Source: a virus
Strand: one strand, 5' to 3'
IMG/VR virus record: IMGVR_UViG_3300027749_000096
Coordinates: 1-64,000 of that record
DNA: 64,000 nucleotides
The position numbers were made by a program, and so were the translations under genes. Positions within the stretch are counted from its first letter, which is position 1. Every line of letters starts with the position of its first letter. This document shows, one piece after another, positions 55,466-64,000 of the stretch. The notes below the pieces were generated by a model. The model searched no databases, had not been told where the DNA came from, and was given only the letters and a program-made list of their open reading frames with translations.

Positions 55466-55591
55466 TTATTTTCCTTGTCCTTTGTAAGGTTTAGGTCTTG
55501 AGTTATGTTTGTTATAAGATTTTTTAGCAGACCCACCTTTACGTCTACCAAAGTTTACTTTTGTTGATACAGAATTAGAACCTTTTGCCAT
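55466..55591 (-). CDS. small basic peptide (41 aa)
   Basis: Manually read: MAKGSNSVSTKVNFGRRKGGSAKKSYNKHNSRPKPYKGQGK. Confidence 0.7.
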   Translation of the reverse strand: MAKGSNSVSTKVNFGRRKGGSAKKSYNKHNSRPKPYKGQGK

Positions 55592-55595
55592 TAGC

Positions 55596-56090
55596 TTATA
55601 TATTTACGTATTGAGTATTAGTTATAAAGTCTTTATTTTGATATTTAGCATATAGCTGTTTCCAAGACAGTCCAAATGTTTTCTCAAAATGTGGTGTGTC
55701 TATAATAGTTTTCCAATCACCACCCCATGTATATCCAGCTTCTTTAAATATTTTTATCACTTTAAAGAAATTAGGACCTGTCTTCCATGATTTTGAGTCA
55801 TCATATTTATATGTTCCATCTGGTTGTTTAAATAACCAGCAGATGTCTATAGCCAGTCCATAATTGTGTAAAGAACTTCCTCCTTTAGCATTTGTTACAA
55901 TGCTTCCTGGTTTAGTTCTTCCTTGAGCATACAAATCATTTTGTTCTTCTATGGTTCTTAATCCTTGTACCACTCTGATAGCTAAATTATCTTCTACAGC
56001 AGACTCAGCTTTATCAATAAGCTGTTTCACTTCTTCTCTGATTTTAGGGTGAAGATGTGATATTCTTTCTTCTGATATTTTATCTTTCAT
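55596..56090 (-). CDS. endolysin, M15 family L-Ala-D-Glu peptidase
   Basis: GLRT.EEQ..LYAQGR, SLHNYGLAID, WGGDW and D.PHFE motifs. Confidence 0.92.
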   Translation of the reverse strand: MKDKISEERISHLHPKIREEVKQLIDKAESAVEDNLAIRVVQGLRTIEEQNDLYAQGRTKPGSIVTNAKGGSSLHNYGLAIDICWLFKQPDGTYKYDDSKSWKTGPNFFKVIKIFKEAGYTWGGDWKTIIDTPHFEKTFGLSWKQLYAKYQNKDFITNTQYVNI

Positions 56091-56093
56091 GTG

Positions 56094-56699
56094 TTACAGT
56101 TTTATTTTCCAGAAAGTAGATACACCATAGTTAACTATTCCATTAGGAGAAATACCAGCCTGTACACCAAATATTTGTTCTTTCTTATTCTTTAATAGGA
56201 AAGAAGTTGTAAATTGGTTAAGCTGTTGTTTATTACCTTGTATTCCTATTCCCCAGAACACTTGTGTTTTAGGAGGAGGAATTATTGTAATAGTTTCTTT
56301 TATAATTGGATATTTAAATTTATAATTAATCTGTCTAGCTCTAACTAAATTAGAACTAACAGTGTCAGTAATCTTTATATATCCTATAGAATCTATTCTA
56401 AGAGAATCTTTTTGTATATTGGTTGCTAGAAACTTAGCCACTAATGCTTGATATTGTAACACTAGTTTATTATAATTAGTGTCAGCAATATACTCTTTAG
56501 TGTAATGATCTACAGGAAAAGGTATAGACTCTACAATTTGTGGTTTAGATGTTGTAGTGGACTCTTTCTTAATCCATACAGTGTCTCTAACAGTTGTAAT
56601 ACTAGGAGCTATAGTGTTTTTTCCTCCACATTTTTGTAGAAAAAGAATAACTATTAATACAATTATAACTATGTCTGTAATTCTAAGCTGTTGTTTCAT
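56094..56699 (-). CDS. membrane-anchored lysis protein (spanin-like)
   Basis: N-terminal TM followed by Cys (LQKC); C-terminal beta-strands; lies between holin and endolysin. Confidence 0.55.
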   Translation of the reverse strand: MKQQLRITDIVIIVLIVILFLQKCGGKNTIAPSITTVRDTVWIKKESTTTSKPQIVESIPFPVDHYTKEYIADTNYNKLVLQYQALVAKFLATNIQKDSLRIDSIGYIKITDTVSSNLVRARQINYKFKYPIIKETITIIPPPKTQVFWGIGIQGNKQQLNQFTTSFLLKNKKEQIFGVQAGISPNGIVNYGVSTFWKIKL

Positions 56700-56889
56700 T
56701 TGTAAAGAAGTTTGATGTAAATTTAGCTATTGCTGCAATTATCATTACACCTGTAGCTAGTTTAGTGTGTTCACTAAATGCTGCAAATGATGCTATTGTA
56801 ACAGAAGCTGCTAAAATACTATCAGCTATTTTTCTAATAAATTTAGGAGTTGGAGCCCAATACGAGCTGGATGTAATATTAAATTTCAT
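56683..56889 (-). CDS. putative holin
   Basis: 68 aa with two TM segments; APTPKF.RKI motif; lysis context. Confidence 0.7.
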   Translation of the reverse strand: MKFNITSSSYWAPTPKFIRKIADSILAASVTIASFAAFSEHTKLATGVMIIAAIAKFTSNFFTNETTA

Positions 56890-56902
56890 ATATTATTGAT
56901 TT

Positions 56903-57286
56903 TTAAACTAATGTTACTGCTCTCCATACACCATTAATAGAAACAAGAATGATATAACTAGTAGCAGGTATGACAGTCAATGGATCAGTATTTCCATATT
57001 GTAATGGTTGATTAATTTCACTAACAACTTGACTACTTACAGTATCTGTATTAATAACAGTTATTGTTTGTCCATTGCAAAGAGCTGGATCAGGAAAAAT
57101 AATAGGAAAAGCTATACTATTAGCTGCAATAATTTCATAAATACCTCTACCAGGCATAGTATATGAAGTAACAGAACTATTTAATGAAATATTTGAATAA
57201 GTGGGTTGTTTCTGAAGAGCAAGTATTTTAACTTTCTTTAGAAGATATTGCAAACTTTGAAATATTCCTTGAGGATATTGTGCCAT
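56903..57286 (-). CDS. hypothetical (fibre-like beta domain) protein
   Basis: 127 aa; FPDP...GQTITVIN...GVW. Confidence 0.6.
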   Translation of the reverse strand: MAQYPQGIFQSLQYLLKKVKILALQKQPTYSNISLNSSVTSYTMPGRGIYEIIAANSIAFPIIFPDPALCNGQTITVINTDTVSSQVVSEINQPLQYGNTDPLTVIPATSYIILVSINGVWRAVTLV

Positions 57287-57296
57287 TATATTAAGT

Positions 57297-57638
57297 TTAT
57301 AAGGTTGTGTTATTAATTGTTTTAGTTATTAGTAATGATTGTTCATCAGGTTTAACAGCTACTATTTTAGTAAACAATGGACTGTTATCTTTAACAGGCT
57401 CTTCTGGAATGTTATTAGTATTTTTAACAATTACAGGTTGTTTATATATAACAGTTTCAAGTCTGTCCACTCTCCTTTGTAAATTTTCAACATTAGTTTT
57501 ATTTACAATGCTAGTTGAAGTATTGAGAGCAACACTTGTCTTAATTGTTTGAAGATCAGTCCATATCATTAGCCCTAGTATACTAACCAATGATGGAAAT
57601 AACCAAATTTTAACTTTGTCAGCTGAGGGTAGAGCCAT
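57297..57638 (-). CDS. membrane protein with coiled coil
   Basis: Likely start MALPSAD; TM segment followed by LQRRVDRLE. Confidence 0.65.
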   Translation of the reverse strand: MALPSADKVKIWLFPSLVSILGLMIWTDLQTIKTSVALNTSTSIVNKTNVENLQRRVDRLETVIYKQPVIVKNTNNIPEEPVKDNSPLFTKIVAVKPDEQSLLITKTINNTTL

Positions 57639-57717
57639 TATTAAATAGATTAAAAAATTTTTACAAAATATATATAGTATATAACAAAAGAACATAAATT
57701 TGCTGCCCTTTTATATA

Positions 57718-57730
57718 TAATATAATATAC
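57718..57730 (-). promoter_or_regulatory. putative phage late promoter of the lysis cassette
   Basis: GTATATTATATTA, identical to the copies at 3873 and 31990. Confidence 0.6.
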
Positions 57731-57765
57731 GAATATTACATGACTTTTTAAAAAATAATAAATTA

Positions 57766-58263
57766 ATGAATACAAAGAAATATGCCATCTCATTAGAAGG
57801 TAAGCTTATAGAAGAATTTAAAAGAAAATTCTTTGATAAATTAGGGTATGAACCTGTTGTCCATGCTGGTTCTAGATTGAAGACAGAAGATGGTAAAGAT
57901 GTAGCAACAATATCATTAGGTGAACTAAAAGATTGTTTTACTCCATTTCTACCTCTTCTTAGGGGAGTACCTGCAGAACTTGATAATAGATCAAGAAAGA
58001 AAGACTTAGTAGAACTAAGGGTGATATTTTCATTTATTGCTAGAAGTATGGGATATACTTTAGAAGATATTGGAGATGTGTTAGGTAAAAAAGATCACAC
58101 CACTGTTATACATTCTATAACATGTTTTAAAAACTGGGTAGCTGTTGATCCTATTTTTAGAGATAAATTTAATATAATCCTTAATTACATAGTAGTTATA
58201 CAAAACAAACAAAATGAGTCATCAACATTGGAACACACTGATCAAATGGAACATCAGTCCTAA
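57766..58263 (+). CDS. DnaA C-terminal (domain IV)-like DNA-binding protein
   Basis: SRKKDLVELR..F..AR..GYTLEDIGDVLGKKDHTTVIHS matches the DnaA signature (SL..IG..FG.RDHTTV.HA). Confidence 0.85.
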   Translation: MNTKKYAISLEGKLIEEFKRKFFDKLGYEPVVHAGSRLKTEDGKDVATISLGELKDCFTPFLPLLRGVPAELDNRSRKKDLVELRVIFSFIARSMGYTLEDIGDVLGKKDHTTVIHSITCFKNWVAVDPIFRDKFNIILNYIVVIQNKQNESSTLEHTDQMEHQS

Positions 58264-58786
58264 TCAAATCTATTTATTAGATTGTTACCGTAGTAAGATT
58301 AAACCTTCTAAAATAATTAATGAAGAAGGTGAACGTTTAGTATGTCAAGCAAAAGATTTATTGGATGGAAATAATAATCTAACTAATAAAGCAAGTATAA
58401 TATTAGATGAGTATGAAACTTTTCTTGTAAAAGCTAAGAAAGTGGTGGCTAGTCAAGTACTAGGGGAAGATATGAATGAACGTATTAAAGAATACAGAGA
58501 AATATTTCCTCCTAAAAGACTTCCATCTGGACAATTAGCTAGACAAAGTGTTCAAGAATTGAAAGACAAGTTTGTATGGTTCTTTAAAACATACCCAGAA
58601 TATGACTGGGATTTAGTATTAGATGCTACAGACTATTATAATGAAATCTTTAGTAAAAAAGATTATGCATATATGGCTACCAGTAGTAATTTTATTAAAA
58701 AAACAGAAATAACTAAAGAGGTGTCTTCAAAACTTGCTGATTATTGTCAGCAAATAATAGATGACCCTAAAATTTTAAATCAATAA
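58214..58786 (+). CDS. hypothetical replication-module protein
   Basis: 190 aa; located upstream of DnaB. Confidence 0.65.
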   Translation: MSHQHWNTLIKWNISPNQIYLLDCYRSKIKPSKIINEEGERLVCQAKDLLDGNNNLTNKASIILDEYETFLVKAKKVVASQVLGEDMNERIKEYREIFPPKRLPSGQLARQSVQELKDKFVWFFKTYPEYDWDLVLDATDYYNEIFSKKDYAYMATSSNFIKKTEITKEVSSKLADYCQQIIDDPKILNQ

Positions 58787-58790
58787 ACAC

Positions 58791-58979
58791 ATGACTAGAA
58801 AAGAAAAGATGATTCACAGTTTAATAATATCATGTTTGTTTAGTTTATTAAGTTGGTTTACAATAGATAGATTTATAATAAAAGTATCATTTTGGCAATA
58901 CTTTTTTATTGAATTTATTTTGATTTTATCACTTAAATTATTTAACTTTACAAAGCAAAGATTAAACCTAAATTTATAA
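58791..58979 (+). CDS. small membrane protein
   Basis: 62 aa with two hydrophobic segments. Confidence 0.6.
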   Translation: MTRKEKMIHSLIISCLFSLLSWFTIDRFIIKVSFWQYFFIEFILILSLKLFNFTKQRLNLNL

Positions 58980-60907
58980 TGAATTTACTAAATACACCTA
59001 TTAAAGATAGACCTTTTGGTATAAGGAGTTATGTAGAAATTCTTGAAGAAGGTTTAAATTACATTGAGGATAGAAGACTAGGTAAGATTAAATCTTTAAC
59101 ATTACCGTGGGATGGATTAAATAATGCAGGTGTAGCTGGTTTAGAATGGGGATCAATGATAACTATAGGTGCTAGACCTGGTTGTTTATCTGGAGATACT
59201 GTTCTTGATATTTATAGACACTACAATAAAAAAAATCATAGAAATGGATCTAGAAAATACACATTAAAAGAATTATACTATAAATTTAACGGCTTACTTG
59301 TACCAAGAAATTCCAAAAATGATAAAAGAAATGGTAATTATTGGGATTTAACAGTGCCTTCAAAACTTTATAGTTATAATAAGAATGAACAGTATTTAGA
59401 TTTAAATAATATTGTTAATGTTATAGAATCAGGTATAAAAGAAACTTTTACTGTTATAACAGAATCAGGAAAACAATTAAGAGCAACAAAAGATCATAGA
59501 TTTTTAATATCTGAAAATGATGAATATCTTGAATTAGAAAATTTAAACATTGGGGATTATGTATATTGTAGAACTGACAAACATATAAATAAAGGAAGAA
59601 AACCAAGACCTTATAGATTTGAATATACTACAAAAATGCCATATTATCCATCAGCTAAAGAAAAAAAAGTTAAATGTAATAATATTGAATATACACATCA
59701 TAGAATTAAAAAGACTAGAGCTGTTTATGATGCTGCTTTAAACAATGTTACATTAGATGTATTTTTAGAAAATGTAAAAACTAATCCTAATCATAATTAT
59801 AAGTTTTCAGATCTTAATATGGACATTCATCATATAGATGAAAACCATCAAAATGATGTTCCTGAAAACTTAATTTTGCTTAGTAAAGAAGAACATGCTA
59901 GATTACATTCATCGGTTACTTATATAGATAGAATTAACAGAAAGAAAATTGTTAAAGAAAAAATCATATCAATTGTAAGTTTTGGAAAAGAAATGACTTA
60001 TGATATAGAAATGACCAGTCCTTATAATAATTTTGTTGCTAATGAATTTGTTGTTCATAATTCAGGTAAGACAATGTTTGTATCTCAAATACTAAGAGAA
60101 TCTAAAATGCTTAATCCAACACAAAATTTTAATATTTTAGAATTTCAATTTGAGATGGGAGCTAGACAAACTGCAGCTAGAGATTTTGCTTCCCAGGTTA
60201 GTTTAGATTATAATCAAGTACTTAGTACTCATAAACAATTAGATGAGTTTTCTGTAAAACTTATGAGACAATATATTGCAGACACTAAAGTGTTTCAAGG
60301 TTTTGGTAACTATAGAGTTCAGATTAATGACCCTCTTACAGTTACTAATATGGAACAAGCCATATATAAAACTTATGAAGGACTTGGTGGTAAGCCTCTT
60401 ATTGTATCTATAGATCATAGCTTCTTAGTAAAAAAAGATAGAGATGAGAAAGAAAAACTTAACACTTTATATAACACTGTAGAAATGTTAATGAAGGTGA
60501 AGAATAAACTACCAATAGTGGTATTTATGATTTCACAATTAAACAGAAGTATTGATGACCCATTAAGAAAAATGCCTGGTACAGTGGGTAACTACCCTAC
60601 TAGTGCAGATATATTTGGTGGTGATGCTTTACAACAGGGTTCTGATATGGTGTTAGTTCTTACAAGACCTTTTAAAGCTGATATAGAAATATATGGTAGA
60701 AAAGAGTATGTTTGCAAAACTGATGATATTTTTGGTCACATTCTTAAAGCTAGAAATAGTGCTGATGATACTAACTTATTGTTTCTTAAAGCAGAGTTTT
60801 CTAAACAAAGAATGATAGAAATTCCTGAACCTGTTTCTAATAACCCAACAGGAGCTCCACCAAAAAGAAGAACAGCTCAAAAATATAATAATTCACAAAC
60901 CCCATAA
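58979..60907 (+). CDS. dnaB: replicative DnaB-like helicase containing an intein
   Basis: GARPG|intein|SGKT Walker A; FEM, IDH, SQLNR, D.L.Q.SD and KARN motifs. Confidence 0.9.
   Translation: MNLLNTPIKDRPFGIRSYVEILEEGLNYIEDRRLGKIKSLTLPWDGLNNAGVAGLEWGSMITIGARPGCLSGDTVLDIYRHYNKKNHRNGSRKYTLKELYYKFNGLLVPRNSKNDKRNGNYWDLTVPSKLYSYNKNEQYLDLNNIVNVIESGIKETFTVITESGKQLRATKDHRFLISENDEYLELENLNIGDYVYCRTDKHINKGRKPRPYRFEYTTKMPYYPSAKEKKVKCNNIEYTHHRIKKTRAVYDAALNNVTLDVFLENVKTNPNHNYKFSDLNMDIHHIDENHQNDVPENLILLSKEEHARLHSSVTYIDRINRKKIVKEKIISIVSFGKEMTYDIEMTSPYNNFVANEFVVHNSGKTMFVSQILRESKMLNPTQNFNILEFQFEMGARQTAARDFASQVSLDYNQVLSTHKQLDEFSVKLMRQYIADTKVFQGFGNYRVQINDPLTVTNMEQAIYKTYEGLGGKPLIVSIDHSFLVKKDRDEKEKLNTLYNTVEMLMKVKNKLPIVVFMISQLNRSIDDPLRKMPGTVGNYPTSADIFGGDALQQGSDMVLVLTRPFKADIEIYGRKEYVCKTDDIFGHILKARNSADDTNLLFLKAEFSKQRMIEIPEPVSNNPTGAPPKRRTAQKYNNSQTP
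59183..60061 (+). mobile_element. intein (293 aa) with HNH endonuclease
   Basis: Begins CLSGDT; block B RATKDHRFL; HHIDE...N...NL..L...EH..LH; ends TYDIEM..NNFVANEFVVHN|S. Confidence 0.92.
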
Positions 60908-60931
60908 TTCACAATTTAAAAAACACAGAGT

Positions 60932-61519
60932 ATGTCAATCATGCACAGTATGTCTGAAGAAGACAAAACAAAGTACAAGTTCCAAAAGACAAAAGAAATG
61001 AGAGATTTTAACAAAGATCTCATTAATGATTTAGGAATTTCAATTTATGAGTTCAACATGAAAACACAGTTTTATGATGAACAAGGTAGACTGGTGGTAG
61101 GAATCTTTCCATCAGAGTTTAAAAAACCAAAAGGATTTTTCTTTGAGCTTATAGACTCAAACTTAAATCCAATAGATTCAGAAAGAAAAGTTTATAGAAT
61201 TCCTCCTACAGAAGGATTTGAGGATGAATATGAACTTACAGCCAAAGGTTCTTTTTTAGTTCCTATTGAAGAATTGAAGACAGTACACAGAAGTTCTGTT
61301 GCAATTAGTAAGTTGTCTGCTTTTACAGGTACAGAGAAGCCTGTATTTAAAGTGACAGAGAAAGCTCAAGAAATTCAAAAGTCAATTCCTAAAGCTCCTG
61401 CTCTTATGGAGGATGCTTTATATAGTGAAATGACTATTAGAGATTTTTATGCTATCAAAACAGGTAAACCAGTTAGTACAAGACAATGGTTGAATGAATT
61501 AGTAAGAAACACAAAATAA
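60932..61519 (+). CDS. hypothetical protein
   Basis: 195 aa; MTIRDFYAI...PVS..WLN tail. Confidence 0.75.
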   Translation: MSIMHSMSEEDKTKYKFQKTKEMRDFNKDLINDLGISIYEFNMKTQFYDEQGRLVVGIFPSEFKKPKGFFFELIDSNLNPIDSERKVYRIPPTEGFEDEYELTAKGSFLVPIEELKTVHRSSVAISKLSAFTGTEKPVFKVTEKAQEIQKSIPKAPALMEDALYSEMTIRDFYAIKTGKPVSTRQWLNELVRNTK

Positions 61520-61530
61520 ACAAAACACAT

Positions 61531-62220
61531 ATGGCTGCAACAAGAGTGCTGATTCTAGCTGAATCAGGTGGTGGTAAATCCACTAGTATAGAAACTTTAG
61601 ACCCTAAAGAAACATTTATTATAAATGTAGCAAGTAAAGGATTACCATTTGCTAAATGGAAGTCAAAGTATAAAGAATGGAGTAAAGAAAACCCTACAGG
61701 TAATCTTTATCAAAATTCTAGTGCTCCTTCTATTATAGCTTGTATGGAGTATGTTAATTCAAAAAGACCAGAAATAAAAACTCTCATTATAGATGATTTA
61801 TTTTATATGTCAGCTTTTGAATTATTTGACAAAGCAAATGAAACAGGGTATGCTAAGTTTACTAGTATTGCAATTTCTTTAAAGAAGGTGGCAACACTTC
61901 CTCAAACATTTAGAGAGGATCTATCTGTATTTTATCTAACTCATCCAGAAGAGTCTACAGACATTGAAGGACGTAGAATCATTAAAACAAAAATGACAGG
62001 TAAAATGGTGGAGCAACAATTAAATTTTGAAGGACTTTTTGAAACTGTTCTTTATGCAAGACCTAGAAAGAGTAAGGAAACTAAAGAAATGGAATATGGT
62101 TTTGAAACAAAAACAGATGGTACAACTCCTACTAAAACTCCAAAAGGAATGTTTACAGAGAGCTTTATACCAAATGATTTATTGTATGTAAAATCTGCAA
62201 TCCATAAGTATGAAAATTAA
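61531..62220 (+). CDS. AAA_24 / Sak4-like ATPase
   Basis: AESGGGKST, IIDD, GKM, EGLF and KTP.GMF motifs. Confidence 0.8.
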   Translation: MAATRVLILAESGGGKSTSIETLDPKETFIINVASKGLPFAKWKSKYKEWSKENPTGNLYQNSSAPSIIACMEYVNSKRPEIKTLIIDDLFYMSAFELFDKANETGYAKFTSIAISLKKVATLPQTFREDLSVFYLTHPEESTDIEGRRIIKTKMTGKMVEQQLNFEGLFETVLYARPRKSKETKEMEYGFETKTDGTTPTKTPKGMFTESFIPNDLLYVKSAIHKYEN

Positions 62221-62254
62221 TAATTTATTTTAAACAAAACAAAAACAAAACAAC

Positions 62255-62866
62255 ATGTTTAGTACAGCAGGACAAGAAGTAAAAGGTGGAGGATTAGGAA
62301 AATCTTTTAACCCAGGAGTAGTTTATGCACACATCTATAGTGCAACAGTTAGAACATCTCAGTCAGGTAAGAAGTCTTTAGAGATAACTCTTGAGGGACC
62401 ATCTATTCCTAACTTTGAAGGATGGGCTATTGATAAAGAAAATCCAGAAGGAGCTAAGTTTGCAGGACAAACAGCAAGAGTTAGTGCAACAGTTTATACC
62501 ACTGAATTTAATAGTGATGATATTAATAAGAATGATATTCTTAATAAAATCATTATTATTTCTAATGAGTTAGGATTTAGAAAAGAAATTGATGCTTTAT
62601 CTGATGATGGTTCAATTACATCAATTGAACAATGGGTAGAAGCAGCTGTTGAAGTTCTTAAAGGACAAGATGCTTATTGGTTCTTAGCAGGTAAAGAAGA
62701 TGAGTATAATGGAAAGGTGATTACTAAATTATCTCTTCCTAAATACAAGTTTTGTTCTACTGATGAATCAAAAGTTCCTAAGTTTGATAAAACAAACAAA
62801 TATCATTTTACTGCACTAGCTAGTAAAGCAGTTACTAGTTTTGAAGCAAATGATTTTGAAATGTAA
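62255..62866 (+). CDS. putative single-stranded DNA-binding protein
   Basis: Follows the Sak4-like gene; beta-rich; acidic-aromatic tail (ANDFEM); followed by a terminator. Confidence 0.55.
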   Translation: MFSTAGQEVKGGGLGKSFNPGVVYAHIYSATVRTSQSGKKSLEITLEGPSIPNFEGWAIDKENPEGAKFAGQTARVSATVYTTEFNSDDINKNDILNKIIIISNELGFRKEIDALSDDGSITSIEQWVEAAVEVLKGQDAYWFLAGKEDEYNGKVITKLSLPKYKFCSTDESKVPKFDKTNKYHFTALASKAVTSFEANDFEM

Positions 62867-62895
62867 AATTTAAAATTTAAAATTTTATTTATAAG

Positions 62896-62925
62896 AAGGA
62901 GTGTATATTTTTACACTCCTTTTTT
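62896..62925 (+). terminator. Rho-independent terminator
   Basis: AAGGAGTGTA...TACACTCCTTTTTT. Confidence 0.8.
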
Positions 62926-62937
62926 ATTTATTAGAAT

Positions 62938-63903
62938 ATGTTTAACACCAAGAATTTAGTACATGATGTAAAGAATGTTCCTGTCCCTTGGATATTTGAA
63001 CACTTTGCATCCCTTAAAGAAAAATTAGTTGGGCAGGATGTAAAGATTAAAAGTGTTTTTAATAAAGCTGATAAAGTTCCTAGTATGTGTATATACACGG
63101 ATAGAGCTAACAGCTATAGATATAAAGATTTTTCATCTGGTAAAAGTGGTAGTGCAATAGATTTTGTAAAAGAACTAAAGCATCTATCTTTTTATGAAGC
63201 TGCTCAGTTAATAGTACAAGTATATAATGATTATGTTCTACATAATAATGGAGGATATGATTTAAAGGAATTTCAAAAGGCTTCTAGATATAAAGTGACT
63301 AGTTATGCTTTTAGAACATGGACTACACAGGATCAATATTTCTGGACTCAGTTTAATATTGGATCTAAACTACTAGAAGAATATTGTGTAAGACCTTTAG
63401 ATTATTATTGTATGACTAAAGATGATAAAAATCTTTGTATAACAGGACTTTATCTCTATGGTTATTTTAAGAAAGACGGCACACTATATAAAATATATCA
63501 GCCTAAAACTTTAGATAAGAAATTTATTAAAGTGACAGACTATATTCAAGGATTTGAACAGATACATCATCATAAAAATTTACTTATTACATCCAGTCTT
63601 AAAGATGTAATGTCTATAAAGTCTCTCAAACTTAAAATAGATGTTATAGCTCCAGACAGTGAGAACACTATGATTAAAGATGACATCATGGATGACTTTA
63701 TTGAAAGCTATGATAAAATAATTATTATGTTTGACAATGATGAACCAGGTATAAAAGCTATGAAAACTTATAAGGAAAAGCATCCTTTTGTAGAAATAGC
63801 TCTTCTTCCTATGAGTAAAGATGTATCAGATAGTATTAAAGATTTTGGAGCTAAAGAAGTTAGAAACAGAATAGTTCCTATATTAGACAAAAAAATAAAC
63901 TAA
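62938..63903 (+). CDS. DNA primase (TOPRIM)
   Basis: S.F..DK.PS, YKDFSSG, KIYQP, ITSSLKDVM, FDNDEPG and KDVSD motifs typical of crAss-like primases. Confidence 0.85.
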   Translation: MFNTKNLVHDVKNVPVPWIFEHFASLKEKLVGQDVKIKSVFNKADKVPSMCIYTDRANSYRYKDFSSGKSGSAIDFVKELKHLSFYEAAQLIVQVYNDYVLHNNGGYDLKEFQKASRYKVTSYAFRTWTTQDQYFWTQFNIGSKLLEEYCVRPLDYYCMTKDDKNLCITGLYLYGYFKKDGTLYKIYQPKTLDKKFIKVTDYIQGFEQIHHHKNLLITSSLKDVMSIKSLKLKIDVIAPDSENTMIKDDIMDDFIESYDKIIIMFDNDEPGIKAMKTYKEKHPFVEIALLPMSKDVSDSIKDFGAKEVRNRIVPILDKKIN

Positions 63904-64000
63904 TGGCTAAAATAAAATCAGTTAGGAAAAACACTTCTCCTAAGAAACCCAAAAAAGTAATTAATAAACCTTTTGCTGATGGTACAATGAGCAGTAGTCA
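63903..64000 (+). CDS. partial ORF (runs off window)
   Basis: TAATG overlap; MAKIKSVRKNTSPKKPKKVIIKPFADGTMSSS... Confidence 0.6.
   Translation, partial: MAKIKSVRKNTSPKKPKKVINKPFADGTMSSS

Noticed and set aside
55428-55470. Short direct repeat AGAGGGTTATT (two copies)
   Set aside because: Only two 11-nt copies, one overlapping a stop codon; too little evidence of function.
32371-63783. Short antisense or nested ORFs in the right half (e.g. 32371, 41201, 43326, 44218, 47002, 50991, 57307, 63580)
   Set aside because: They overlap better-supported genes, and their composition reflects the reverse frame.
1-64000. Stop-codon reassignment (TAG/TGA), as in some crAss-like phages
   Set aside because: Core genes are full length in the standard code, TAG and TGA end tightly packed genes, and no suppressor tRNA was seen.

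Overview
This is a 64-kb AT-rich segment of a crAss-like (Crassvirales-type) lytic phage, probably infecting an environmental Bacteroidota/Flavobacteriia host. It uses the standard genetic code. Bases 1-32 kb (minus strand) hold the virion module: Cys/Thr-rich fibre paralogs, tail fibre, ring and auxiliary capsid proteins, major capsid, scaffold-like protein, portal, terminase, PhoH, a PD-(D/E)XK nuclease, an HU-like protein, a GNAT and an Acb2/Tad1-like protein. A strand switch near 32.0-32.2 kb is followed by about 2.3 kb of mostly non-coding, hairpin-rich DNA. After that come plus-strand early and replication genes (PcfJ-like, SF2 helicase, UNG, MoxR/VWA pair, DnaA-domain-IV-like protein, intein-containing DnaB, Sak4-like ATPase, SSB-like protein, primase), interrupted by a minus-strand lysis cassette. 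Most notable: (1) a theta/LCIB-type carbonic anhydrase with intact Zn ligands inside the structural operon; (2) a cluster of candidate structured RNAs, two of which share a covarying stem; (3) two free-standing endonucleases that appear to have replaced the 3' ends of their neighbour genes, leaving the old tails behind; (4) a six-copy late-promoter-like motif; (5) a three-copy DnaA-box-like motif. All family assignments come from motif recognition by eye; no database searches were run.
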